Positions 1 to 11,123 of a stretch of DNA of 64,000 nucleotides are shown piece after piece (within the stretch, counting starts at the first letter, position 1; every line of letters starts with the position of its first letter). Made by a program: the position numbers and the translations under genes. The notes beneath the pieces are model-generated. The model ran no database searches. It was given only the letters and a program-made list of their open reading frames with translations, and was not told the DNA's origin. Source of the DNA: Piedraia hortae CBS 480.64. Its lineage: Eukaryota. The stretch spans positions 62,001 to 126,000 of the forward strand of contig MU005958.1 of assembly GCA_010093745.1 (NCBI GenBank), read 5' to 3'.

Positions 1-1
1 G

Positions 2-232
2 CTGGATGTGGGCGATGGGCTCCCTGTGGATGATGTCCTCGCTGGGGGAGATATCCTTCCAGAAGGTGATATTCTCCTCCCTGAGGCAGAGCAGCAACAG
101 GATGGGACGATGGCGCAGCAGCAGACACTCCAGCAGACGCAGGACCAACAGGTCGATTCGAACATCGAGGATGATATCTTTGGCGATGACATGTTTGATT
201 CGCTTGAGAAGTATGATGGGTTCTCGAATTGA
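2..232 (+). CDS. 3' end of a gene entering from the left edge (acidic/Gln-rich C-terminus), product unknown
   Basis: Open frame from the window edge to TGA at 230-232; low-complexity Q/D-rich tail; AT-richer 3'UTR-like sequence follows. Confidence 0.5.
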   Translation: MDVGDGLPVDDVLAGGDILPEGDILLPEAEQQQDGTMAQQQTLQQTQDQQVDSNIEDDIFGDDMFDSLEKYDGFSN

Positions 233-647
233 GGGAGTCGGTATAGGAGCAATATGCTGTGAAAAGACTAATGACTATAATGTGTTCTGCTCTGTTTCTG
301 TCTTGATCTCACTTCGTATGGAAATGTGCCGGTAACTGAATATTGGCTTTTAGGTGCGTGGTGGGTTTCCATCTAGAGTGCAATTAGACTTAACTATTCT
401 ATCTGTGCATTCAAATTTAATTCTGTGGGAAGACTTCCGAGGAACACCGAGGGAGATGGACAAATACAGACACCACTGTAAACAGCAAGAGCAGGCAATT
501 CCATTGTGACCGTACATCTACCATGACCTGATCTCAACCTGCTGGAAACTGGAGACCGTTCCGGGTGGAAGCGAGAGGCCACCCCATAGCATCCAGCAAA
601 GGCAACAACATTTGCCACCATCGCACAATCCCCTTCAGCAACCCCGC

Positions 648-1514
648 CTAAAAATGCTGAATCTGCAATCCAGCATCTAACGCGTCAGCCTTCCCCCTTC
701 CTCCCTTCAATCAACTCACCAACAACAACCGCCTGCCCCGTCATAGCCGTATTCCTCGCCAACATCAAGTAAGCATCCGCACACTCCTTTACATCCGTCT
801 CTTTTTTCAGCACAGCCTGTCCCTTCAACTCCTCTACTTTATCACCGTACCTCAGCCCCCACTCCGTCAACAACAGCCCAGGACAGATGGCATTAACCCT
901 CACCTTCGGCCCCATCGCCAGCGCCAAACACTTGACGAGATGGACCTGCGCAGCCTTGGTAACGCTATAAGCCATACAACTCCCCGAGAGGCTTACCCCC
1001 GCTACAGACGATGTGACCAATACAAACCCTCCTTCCTCCAACCCCTCAAAATGATGTCGTGCCTGTTTCGCAAGCTCAAGCGGGGCTTTCACATTAACCG
1101 CGAAGCATGCATCCCAATCGCCCTCCTCAAGCGCATTCAAATCCCCAAAGGGGGCGAATTTTGTATACCCCGCGTTGGCGATTATGCCATCCAACGCACC
1201 CAGTTCGCGGAGGGTGGAGTGCACGAGTTCAGCGCAGGCAGAGGTGGAGCTGCAATCTCCCCTCAGCAGGGTGAATTTCTGGTCGGGATGGCTGCTTTGC
1301 AGTTCAGCGAGGAGGGATTCCGCTGGACCCGTCGAGGAGGCGTAGTTGATCGCGAGGTTGCAGCCCGCGGAGGCGAAGGCGCGGCTTAGTTCTGCGCCGA
1401 GGCCGCTGGGGAAGGGGTGGGTTAGGAAGGATGGTAGGGATGCTTCGCGGGGAGGAAGACGAACCGGCTGCCGCCTGTGATTAGGAGGGTGCGGTTTGTG
1501 AGAGTGTAGGGCAT
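648..1514 (-). CDS. Short-chain dehydrogenase/reductase (classical SDR), 3 exons
   Basis: ATG at 1514; spliced N-terminus gives the TGGSRGLG Rossmann motif; NAG, catalytic YSVTK and VNAICPG present; last exon DAGLQIQHF* follows an intron near 679-719. Confidence 0.9.
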
Positions 1515-1636
1515 GGCTGGCTATAAGCTACCGGGGGGGGGGTAGCTGGGATGTGGTTGCATTGCCGAACCGCGGCTATGTCGCGACCCCTCACACTGGC
1601 TGGGATATAAAACCTTCTGCGACGAGCAAGTCGTTG

Positions 1637-3552
1637 ATGATGGCGGCTGTGGGTGAGTTTTTGCGATATGTTTGATGGATGGGTAGGCTGATGGTGCAGC
1701 GCTCGCGAGCGGAGTCGCTGCCGCGGCGTATCTCGATGGAAAATACCAGTTGCGACGCGATTTGCATGTCATATGGAGGCTGAAAAAAGCCGAGTGGGCT
1801 TGGAAGAAGGCCGTCAAGGAAGATAGGGTCTCGCCGTGGTATCTGCTCCACGATGTCACGCTGCGCCAGCCTGATGATCGCGCGATCTGGACTCGTGAAA
1901 GGACATGGACGTACAGAGAGCTTTGCGACGAGACGATGCGGTATGCGCAGTGGCTGCTTGATCAGGGCGTGCGCCCAGGGGAACTCGTGGGCGTGTATCT
2001 GGTGAATTGCGCGGAATATCTCACGTTGCTGTTCGCTGCGCATTCGATTGGAGCGTCGCTTGCACTGTTGAATTGGAATCTGGAGGGAAAGCCGCTGCTT
2101 CACTGTCTCTCCGTCTGCGATTGTCGGATTCTGGTCGTTGATTCGGATGAAGAGTGTCGTCAAAGGGTCGAGGCTAGTTGTGAGGATATCAAGCCCAAGA
2201 TTGTTGTCCTTGATGAGCAGGTCAAGGCTGATGTCAGTGCCAGGAAGGCAGTAGTCCCGCCGGCGGAGATGCGGAATGGGATGTCTGGAGACTGGCCTTA
2301 CTGCATTATCTTCTCTTCGGGAACGACGGGTCTGCCTAAAGGCTGCACGTTCCCCGTGTCCCGGTTCTGGGAGACGGGATTTGGCCTCGATCCGCCTTTT
2401 GGCGCAGTGCCGGGGAAGGATTTCTGGTATAATCCCATGCCGCTGTACCACGGCACCGGCATGATGATCTCGACGTCTGGACTGCTGAGCGGCTGCGGTG
2501 TTGGCCTCGCGCCCAAGTTCTCCGTCTCGCGCTTCTGGCCTGATATCCATGACTCTGGGGCGACCATGTTCGTCTACGTTGGCGAGACGGCAAGGTATCT
2601 CCTCGCCGCACCGCATCATCCTCTGGAGAGGCAGCACAAGGTGCGGCTCGCCCATGGAAATGGCCTTCGACCAGATGTCTGGAAAAAATTCCAAGACAGG
2701 TTCAACATCGCCGAAGTCGCAGAGTTCTTCAACTCCAGCGAGGGCATGCTAGCCATGTACGTCTGGGACCGCGGGCCCTATCTCCAGGCCTGTGTCGGCC
2801 ACCACGGTGGAATCCTCCGTTTCCTACTCCGCAACGTCTACATCCCCGTGAAGATCGATTACGAGACGGGAGACATTTGGCGAGACCCAAAGACAGGCTT
2901 CGCCCAGCGAGTCCCGTACGAGGAAGGAGGCGAAATCCTCGTGGCTGTGCCCAGTCGGGATGCTTTTGCCGGATACTGGAACAACGCCGAAGCGACTGAC
3001 AAACGCTTCGCCACGGACGTATTCAAAAAAGGAGATGTCTACTACCGCAGCGGCGATGCCCTTCGACGTAGCCCTGACGGACACTGGGCATTCATGGACC
3101 GGCTGGGGGATACCTACCGGTGGAAATCCGAAAACGTATCAACCGCAGAAGTGTCAGAAGTCATGGGCCGGTTCGACGGTGTCGGCGAAGCAAACGTCTA
3201 CGGCGTTGTCGTACCTGGCCACGAAGGTCGAGCAGGTTGTGCTGCTTTGCATCTCTCCCGTGAAGTAGACTCGACGTTTCTATCCTCCCTCCTCACCCAC
3301 TGCAGACGTAACCTCCCACGCTACGCCGTGCCCGTCTTCCTTCGCATCGTAACCCACAGCTCACACATTCACAACCACAAACAGAACAAAGTCGGTCTTC
3401 GCAACGAAGGCGTCGACCCAGACGCGAGAGGAAAACACGAACCCGACGGCGCAGACGATGATTTCTTCTGGCTAGCACCCGGCAGCGAGACCTGGATTCC
3501 GTTTGAAAGGAAAGACTGGGATAAACTCGTCTATGGATCAGCTAGGCTGTGA
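1637..3552 (+). CDS. FATP/very-long-chain acyl-CoA synthetase (Fat1-like), probably peroxisomal
   Basis: AMP-binding IFSSGTTGLPK; FATP motif YYRSGDAL..DRLGDTYRWKSENVST; intron 1653-1699; C-terminal ARL fits PTS1. Confidence 0.9.
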
Positions 3553-3567
3553 ATTATCTTTCTTTTT

Positions 3568-4674
3568 TCATGTCATGATGACCATCCTTCCACCTTCCTT
3601 CCTCTTGACCCTACACCAAAGTCCCACCTTCCCATCCCAGATAAACTGCCAGATTACACCGACCCAACTGCGGTGGTAGGGCAGCTCGCTGTAGAATTCG
3701 TTCGCAATGGAATTCAACTTCCAGAGCCGTGACCACGGGATGGCGGGGAAGTCGTGGTGCTCGTTGTGCAGACCGACGTTGTAGGTGAAGAGATTGAGGA
3801 CTCCATAGTAAGAAAACGTCTCAGGCGGTGGCGGCGAGACTGGTTTCCCTCGTTCAAGGGATTTGGAATGCTGCGCGAAGACGTAATGCTCTGCGATGAA
3901 ATGGCCTGCGCAGGGGTGTAGGGAGCCAGCTAGGAACGAGCTGAGGATGAGATATGCTAAGGCTTTTCCACCCCATGTTTTGACTATGGTATAGTCGAAT
4001 GCCAGCTGCACGGCGATGTTTAGAGCGTGGATGCGGGTGAGCGGGACTTTATAAACCATCATTGGGCGCAGTGCGTAGAAGAAGATTTGGAAGGTTGCGA
4101 AAAAAGCTTTTCCCGCTACGCTGTCGAGAAACCAGGCTTCTAGGGCGGTTGGGAGGTCTGTGTCTAGTCCGTCTACGCCGAGACTTTTGTGGTGCGTGAG
4201 GTGGTAAGGGCGGAAACTGGCGCTATAGGGGATTCCGATGGCGAGGTTGGCTGCAATTGCGAGGAGGCGGTTTGCCATGGGGGATTTGAAGGCTAGGTTG
4301 TGGGAGATTTCGTGGATGGCAAGGAAGAGGTTCTGGTTGGCGGTTGCGCCGATAATGTAGGCGGTGAGGAAGAAGGGCCAGGAGAAGAAGGCTGTGTTGC
4401 GGAGGGAGTAGGCGCAGTAGACTTGTAGCAAGACGACGGCAAGGACGAGAGGGATTGTTAGGGGTTCTGGACCACAGAGTTTGAGGACCTGTTTCTTGTT
4501 AGAATTGTTGTTCGTTTGACCGTGTATGCTGACCTCTGGATGGGCTTTGATGATCGCTTTCCTTCGCGTCATGTGCGGCTCTTCGGTATATGTCCAGAAG
4601 AATTTTGCGTATTCATCTTTCTCGTCTATGGCTGGAGCAGCCAGCTCGGTCGTCGTTACCACCGGAGACGCCAT
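3568..4674 (-). CDS. DES1: Sphingolipid delta-4 desaturase
   Basis: N-terminal EEPHxxRRKAIIKAHPE; His boxes HEISH, HLTHH, HNEHH; in-frame 45-nt intron 4489-4533. Confidence 0.95.
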   Translation of the reverse strand: MASPVVTTTELAAPAIDEKDEYAKFFWTYTEEPHMTRRKAIIKAHPEVSIHGQTNNNSNKKQVLKLCGPEPLTIPLVLAVVLLQVYCAYSLRNTAFFSWPFFLTAYIIGATANQNLFLAIHEISHNLAFKSPMANRLLAIAANLAIGIPYSASFRPYHLTHHKSLGVDGLDTDLPTALEAWFLDSVAGKAFFATFQIFFYALRPMMVYKVPLTRIHALNIAVQLAFDYTIVKTWGGKALAYLILSSFLAGSLHPCAGHFIAEHYVFAQHSKSLERGKPVSPPPPETFSYYGVLNLFTYNVGLHNEHHDFPAIPWSRLWKLNSIANEFYSELPYHRSWVGVIWQFIWDGKVGLWCRVKRKEGGRMVIMT

Positions 4675-4761
4675 GGCTGTCTGTTCTCATCGTCGACGGT
4701 CAGGATGTAAGTGCCCCCCCCCCACCGCGGAATGTGGCCGTCGTGACGTCACGGCCAGACA

Positions 4762-5421
4762 TCACTTGAACAACGCCTGCTCAATCGCCAACACAATCAG
4801 ATTCCAGTCATGCATCGCCCCTGATCCCGTATCCCCACAAGCCAGAGTCTTCTCGATCGGCTGCAGGACTGTAACCCAACTTCCCAGCTTTTCAACGTGT
4901 TCCGTAGTCAGAGGATGATGCCACATGGCTGTATTCATAGCAGGGGCCACCATGATTCTCTTTGCATCTCGCGGAACGTTTGGCCGGGGCGAGTCAATTA
5001 AACCATGTACATCCCATGCACGCACAACCGACGTAATTAGCGAGTCCGAAAACCCGTGCGCAATCTTTGCCAGACTGTTGGCAGAAAGCGGGGCAATAAC
5101 GAGTAAATCTGCCCATCGTCGTAATTCAATGTGCATGATGGGATCCCCTCGTACCCACGGCTTCTGCCACTCGTCGGCATCGCGGTGGATGCCCACGACG
5201 TTCTTCATCTTTGCTATCTGTTCAATCGTTGGCTGTTCCTCTGACTGTCCCTGTAAAAAATTCACGGCGGATTCGGACAGCATGACTCGGATTGAAACGT
5301 TCTCGTGTCTGCCAAGCGCCATGATAATGTTGGGCAGCTTGATGGTCGCCACCGAACCGGTAGCCGCCAGTAAGAGGTGGTACTTTCCATCGTTTGTCTC
5401 GTCAGATGCTGTAAAGGGCAT
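4762..5421 (-). CDS. Phosphopantothenoylcysteine decarboxylase (HFCD flavoprotein, Hal3/Cab3 family)
   Basis: LLAATGSVATIK, HIELRRWAD..IAPLSANSLAK, PAMNTAMW and LACGDTGSGAM with catalytic His and Cys. Confidence 0.93.
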   Translation of the reverse strand: MPFTASDETNDGKYHLLLAATGSVATIKLPNIIMALGRHENVSIRVMLSESAVNFLQGQSEEQPTIEQIAKMKNVVGIHRDADEWQKPWVRGDPIMHIELRRWADLLVIAPLSANSLAKIAHGFSDSLITSVVRAWDVHGLIDSPRPNVPRDAKRIMVAPAMNTAMWHHPLTTEHVEKLGSWVTVLQPIEKTLACGDTGSGAMHDWNLIVLAIEQALFK

Positions 5422-5509
5422 CAAGGGAGTTGTTTCTCAAAAGTTTTACGTCTATCTATGTTGTCTAAGGGGCCGTTTGTGCGTCGATCTCTTGGCGGCG
5501 CAGTTGGTA

Positions 5510-5551
5510 TCACGTGATGTGACGCGACGTCACGTCACGTCACGTCACGTG
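5510..5551. promoter_or_regulatory. TCACGTGA plus (CACGT)n array in the bidirectional PPCDC/NDC1 promoter
   Basis: tcacgtga at 5510-5517 and gacgt(cacgt)4g at 5526-5551; E-box/CRE-like cores. Confidence 0.5.
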
Positions 5552-5623
5552 CTTTTGCACGCTGCGACGACAAATTCTTGATGCGCGTCAAAAGTGTCAA
5601 GCGGATGGATTGCGACGGCTGAA

Positions 5624-7540
5624 ATGGCTACACCCATGGCCATACCCACGGCGACGGCCGTCGTGGCGCGGCACTACAAGGATTTTCTTACTCCGGCCTT
5701 TCACCGCCGCTTCACCGCCGCCATTCTGCCGGTTCTCTTCGCTTGTTGGGCTGTCGCCGCCTGCATCTCTCTTGGCTCCGGTACGAGCTTCTTCTGGTCG
5801 ATTTTTCCGTTGTTTTCCTGGTGTGGACTGCGCACTTTGGCCCTCGTCCTGCCATGTCTCTGCATCTTCATCGTGCGCATCATGAACATGCATGTCGGCC
5901 GCCGGACAAGCGAGAGCCAGTTCGGTGGCTTCGTTCAGGCTTTGATTGGCGGCCACGACCGTTCCGGAACTGTGCTGGCCACCCTTCTCTGGTACTCGCT
6001 CAGTGCCTGGCTGGTCACCGAGATCTTTGTCTGGAGCTTGCCCAGCAAGAGCAACCTGGGCTGGATAGACCCGGGAAGGGAATACGAACGGCCGCGGGTC
6101 AACGAGAACCCGCTTTATTTGCGTACAATGCTTTCTATGGCGGCCGTCATGTTTACAGCCAAGCATCTCTACAATGACGACGATTTGGTGGAACTGACGG
6201 ACCAGGACGAGGACGAAAAGTGGACAACGTCTTTGCGTTGGTTGGCAGAGTACGCCGTGGCCATTTTCATGCATGCGCTGTCTTCGTCGCTGGTGTTTCT
6301 CGTCTTTGGCACCGTAATCTACTTCCTCACGCTGAGACACAGTCTGTGGCCGGGTGTTTCGACCCTTGCACACTGGTTAAACCGCCATCTTGTTCCCGAC
6401 CGTGGTCCTCCCGGTCTGGCCAACGTCGGCCGCCTGGCTTTCCAGACTGTGGCCGCTCTCACTTCTTTAATTTCCCTCTGGGATGCCAGCAATCTCATGT
6501 TCAGCTCCTGCATCTCATATCCGCCGATCAAGAAGGGCCATCCTTTAACCGATCAAATCGTAGACGCCCATGGTAACATCATATCGCGATCAAGAGACCC
6601 CAACGGCAGTCTCGTCCGCGGCCTCGACGCCAAACGCAACGTCACCCGCGCATTCGCCTTTTGGGAGCTCTATCTCATCTGCAATCGCGAGAACAAAATC
6701 TTCGAGGACCGTCGAAAGACACTCTTCCAGGATCCCGACCGCAAACCGTCCAGCACATGGGCTCAAATATCATCCCTCTGTTTAGCCGAAATCAGCGGAA
6801 TATCCAGCCGCATCAAGTGCTATCAGGAATCAATATCCCCCAAACCCGCCCCGGAGGTCATCAACGCACCCCCTCCCCCCTCTCTCCCCAAAATCGCCTC
6901 CCGACCAACAATCGAAGATAAAGACGTCTTTCTCCACCGCACCAGCCGTCCCAACGCCGTCGGCAGCTTAGCCCGCCAACTAGGCCAATCGCACGGGTCC
7001 CCAACCCTTCTCGCAACCGGCGCCTCCCGCGCCCTCGCCTGGACAGGAAACCACACCAGCGAAACCTTGACCAAAACCCACTTAACCCAATCCATCCAAA
7101 CCCAACTCCAAGCCATCTTGGCTTCACCAATCGGTGCCCCCTTCCGCAAAACATTCTCCTCTCGCCTCAAAGCCATAATCTTCAACACACCCTACAGCGA
7201 TCGCGAAACAATCACCCACGCAGTGAAATCCCTAACTGCACTAACCCTCGTCTCAATCGCAGAGGATGAGTACGGACAGGTCGCCCCCACCATCCCAGCG
7301 ATAATCAACACCCTAACGGATGTGGTTTTTGGGATCAAGCAGCTTGAAGCTACCCTCGAGCCGCACTGGTCGGACGTTTTCTTCTCCCCTGCTGCGAGGG
7401 AGGTGGAGGAGGTAGGGATGCTTCGCGCGATGGTGCAGGGTGAATTAGGGAGGATTGTAGAGAAGTTTGAGCCGTTTGCGGGAGCGTTGGGACTGGGTGA
7501 GGGGCAGATGGGGAGGGCGAGGGAGGCGGTTGAGCTTTGA
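5624..7540 (+). CDS. NDC1: Nucleoporin Ndc1 (transmembrane)
   Basis: YKDFLTPAFHRRF N-terminus, ~6 TM segments, ERPRVNE, S.DPNGSL..GL, AFWEL, EDEYGQV motifs. Confidence 0.9.
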   Translation: MATPMAIPTATAVVARHYKDFLTPAFHRRFTAAILPVLFACWAVAACISLGSGTSFFWSIFPLFSWCGLRTLALVLPCLCIFIVRIMNMHVGRRTSESQFGGFVQALIGGHDRSGTVLATLLWYSLSAWLVTEIFVWSLPSKSNLGWIDPGREYERPRVNENPLYLRTMLSMAAVMFTAKHLYNDDDLVELTDQDEDEKWTTSLRWLAEYAVAIFMHALSSSLVFLVFGTVIYFLTLRHSLWPGVSTLAHWLNRHLVPDRGPPGLANVGRLAFQTVAALTSLISLWDASNLMFSSCISYPPIKKGHPLTDQIVDAHGNIISRSRDPNGSLVRGLDAKRNVTRAFAFWELYLICNRENKIFEDRRKTLFQDPDRKPSSTWAQISSLCLAEISGISSRIKCYQESISPKPAPEVINAPPPPSLPKIASRPTIEDKDVFLHRTSRPNAVGSLARQLGQSHGSPTLLATGASRALAWTGNHTSETLTKTHLTQSIQTQLQAILASPIGAPFRKTFSSRLKAIIFNTPYSDRETITHAVKSLTALTLVSIAEDEYGQVAPTIPAIINTLTDVVFGIKQLEATLEPHWSDVFFSPAAREVEEVGMLRAMVQGELGRIVEKFEPFAGALGLGEGQMGRAREAVEL

Positions 7541-8226
7541 TGTTTATGAGTGTTTTATTAGAGGGTGTATGTGAGTAGAGGGTATCATATTTCTCTCTTC
7601 GGAGATTTCTTTGAGGTGGGGGTTCGTGATGTTTTGTCTTTTGTCCCAATACTCGATATTCTGAAAAACAGAGTCATCTGCGGATATCTGGGAGCATCGG
7701 CAAGCATGTCTAATGACATGCACAATACATACAGTATTAACTGGAAACATATCCACCAGCTCACTCACAGAGATGGTTAAATGCTTCGTGATCTTCTACA
7801 AATACACTGATAGAGGCGTTCACAGAAATATATTGTCTAGTCACGAATACTCACTTTAGCAGACAACACTGAAGCTATGAAAGGGTCATGAGCGAGAAAC
7901 AGCACAATCACCGACAGGCGAAGAAGGAGAACGAACGAGGAACCCTGCACCATCATTGCAATGACTGTCTATCAAAACGTTTTACCTGCCTTGCTTTCTA
8001 GGTTGGGCTCGGCTATGAAGTCCTGTTCAACGTCCACGAAGAAAACAGAATTTACACAGCAGCTTCTCCAATCACTGCGAAATTTCAGTAGCGTTTTGTG
8101 TGAAGACTTTTAAGAATTTTCTTCCAGTACTCAACGGTCTTGAATCAAACTGGTAGCGTGAACTTATCGCCGTGACGCATTTCCGGCTCAATCATCACGT
8201 CCCCCCTGCATAAGGGGAAAAAAAAA

Positions 8227-8345
8227 ACTTACAGCAGCGGGGATTCCCACGTGGTCACCCACCGTAGTACTAATTCGCCGGTTTGCAGCTTAAGTTCAGG
8301 AGAGCGGACGGGATCCTCTGTTCTCTGCAACCTATGGCCGTAAGT
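8227..8345 (-). rRNA. 5S rRNA (dispersed copy)
   Basis: Reverse complement ACTTACGGCCATAGG...GATCCCGTCCGCTC...TTAGTAC...GGGTGACCAC...GAATCC...GCTGTAAGT, 119 nt with paired ends; poly-T terminator directly after; TATA-like TTTATAAA about 25 nt upstream. Confidence 0.97.
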
Positions 8346-8760
8346 GGCTGGTTAGCAGGGAGAATCATTTATAAACTCCAGTCCTTGTTTATAATTTCAA
8401 ATGCAAACGCGAGCGAATTTTTGCACACCAACAGGAGTGTATATTTTTACGAGTGGAGGCTGATTAGGTGTGCCAAGACTGTCCCGCCTCGCAGCGTCAT
8501 TGCGCAACCTCGTCATGATTACGTGACCTCGTCTATAGCGAACCTTCCTCTTTCGTGGTAAAAATTCTGGGTAGGTGCGTCTTGTATCCCGAAGAGACTT
8601 AAGATAACCAAAAACTGCAACACAACAAAGACAAAACCACAGTGGCACTGGAAAGTCTGACGCCCTATCTTCCTCTTCCAGGCCGTTTGACACAGTCTTT
8701 ACTGCAAGCCGTCATGACTCCGCCAAGAGTGTTTCGACAAAGGGGCTACCATCACCAAGC

Positions 8761-9091
8761 CAGTCGACCCTCGCACCTAACTACTTCTGGCGCGCGTCTG
8801 ACAGGGTTTATACTGCAAGCCACGTCGACAGAGTCAACGTGAATTTTCGGCGGACTTTCACAAATAGCACCATCACAAAACCATTTGACTCGATATCCGT
8901 CGATCACCTCTTCAAGGGTCACTTTGCCCCTGCGATTGGTTAGTAAACTCAATCCCTCGCTTTGATCATCCGAGCTAACAAATCCAGGTCCTCGCCTACA
9001 GGCGGGCACAGGTACTTCCGTGGCCCTGTCGGTCGCAATCTCCAGGACACTCGACGGGCCGGCGGTCGAGGTACCTGCTGAAGGTGCATGA
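8761..9091 (+). CDS. Orphan small-protein paralog, copy A (5' end not determined; may be a pseudogene)
   Basis: Frame 8821-8938 reads ...TITKPFDSISVDHLFKGHFAPAI(G); intron 8939-8987 (GTTAGT..GCTAAC..CAG); last exon PRLQAGTGTSVALSVAISRTLDGPAVEVPAEGA*; homologous to 11124-11529. Confidence 0.6.
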
Positions 9092-9249
9092 AGCATTGGC
9101 GGCAACCTCGCCCCTGGCTGTGGCTGGAGATATGATGAAAGGCGCTTGGGGTTCTCCGTTTTTATCACGGAGTGAAAGATCACAGAGGGATTCTGTGACT
9201 TGGATGGGAAAGCACTTGCGAATGTGTACGATCATGGTAGGGCACCGAG

Positions 9250-9800
9250 GGATTTCCAAAAGTACCTATGAGATATGCAGGAGCACCTGTGAACAGCTTA
9301 GACAATGAATATGCATCACATCGATCGTCAAGCGTGGAGATTCTATCTGCAACTCCCGACAAACGATTGTATGTTGTGTTGTCACCTGTGCCTTTGAAAC
9401 TGGAAACCACCACAGCATATTTGAACAAATATGGCAGGAGCAATTTTGCACGTCTCCTGGCGTCCATCAGTGACCTGCCAATCAGCTTGACCAGGACTTT
9501 CCTTAGAAGGGTTGAAAGAGCCCGGACACTAGTGGATATGCTTTTGCAGTTAAAGTTCGCAGAAGCATTATGCGCGCACGTGGATATTAAGATTCTTAAC
9601 CCCACAACGCTTTAAAATAGACATGGAAGGAGCAAAGGGGCAGATTTGCACATCCACTAGTGTCCGCCAATGATTGGTCAGCCAGCTCGAGTGAGGTTCT
9701 TCTCTGGCTGGGCGAAAGTATCGGACGATAGTGGACGTGGTTTTGTACATACTTCGATGATATACTATGTGTGGCAGTGGAATCAGCCATTGGCGACAAT
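9250..9800 (+). pseudogene. Possible decayed Ser/Thr protein kinase relic
   Basis: In order across frameshifts and stops: HVDIKILN (like H.DIK..N), SEVLL..G/RKYRTIVDV (like PEVLLG..Y...VD.W), CVAVE. Confidence 0.3.
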
Positions 9801-11123
9801 ATTAAGTTAGATAGCCACTCAGATGGCTGTCTCAAATACACAACAGCTACGCTGGGATTTGACTACGGGTCCTCATATCAACAACACAGTAAAAATCCAT
9901 CTTTACATGTGTCCTCCTTAGCACAGAATGATACTTTGCTGTTATTTGCAACAGGCGTTCTCTTGAGCTAGTATGTGAAAGATGCTTAAGCGGCGTAGCA
10001 TCAGCAATGTTAATCTGGCGTGCGATTGGAAATGCACTGGTTCCGATGTCAAGTGTTAACTTCAAGGAATGAAATTTTTTTTGCGCTAGACCTTGGCGAA
10101 TACCTTCGTTATTGATAATTTTGGCTTGGCTTCAACGCCAATGCCTCATGTTGACTGGCTGAAAGTTCTGAACGGAATTTGTTATAAAGATGGCAGTATG
10201 ATCTTCATCTTCAATATTTGCGATAGCTTTCCTGCACAATAGGACGGCTTATATATTAAAAGTGTATTCATCAACGTGGTCGAAAGGTTAACCATTATGC
10301 CTTTACCGTCAGTATCCATCCCACGCCCTTTCCCCACGCTAACCGTCTCTACGAACATTAGGAAGCTTCCTAGAATACCCGCAACTATCCTCTTTCCACC
10401 TGGAGCCTGGCTAGCAATTCTTAATGGTCCATGTAGGGCTGGGCAGAATGACAGAGTCTGGTCTTCGAACCAAGACCTTGATAAGCAATGTGAAGACAAA
10501 CTCGAGCCCATGAGCAATCTCGTTAGAGGCTTTTTCATGCTGGAACCATATCCATGTTTCTCGGTGAATTATGGGAGGGATACATATCAGTCATCAACTG
10601 CCCCACGCAGGATCAAACTTGCTCAGGGTTCAGTCTTTTGTGACCTGTTAGTAACCCAACATGCTCAACGCCCCACGGGATCGGACGCGCTGCTGATTGT
10701 ACGCGTAAGGCCTCCACCCGGGCTGGAATAAGTAAATCTCTCCGTCGCTCTTTCTCTTTCTCGTTCTCCTTTGCATCAACTTGCGAGAGAAGCTTCAGCC
10801 ACAATCCCAAGCTAGAACCATCAATACAAGGTATTGCAAGGTAAGTGCAGCCCTTCCATATGCCTTTCACGGTCCCATCACGCCGCCTCAACACACTGCC
10901 CCGTCTCACCACTCCACCTCACCCCACCTTCATCACTTCCATCACTACGGCCTCTATCCACTTCATCTATCACCACCGCTTCACCTATCACTCCACTCCC
11001 TACGCCTCGCCCATCACTCTATGTCTTTCCACCATGCACTTTCACTCGGTTATCCATCCATCATCGCTCTTGCCTGGAATTGGTCCCATGGCTAACGTGG
11101 ACAGGCCATTTATAAGCATCACG

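Noticed and set aside
1591..2694. 367-aa minus-strand ORF
   Set aside because: Antisense shadow of the acyl-CoA synthetase in GC-rich coding DNA.
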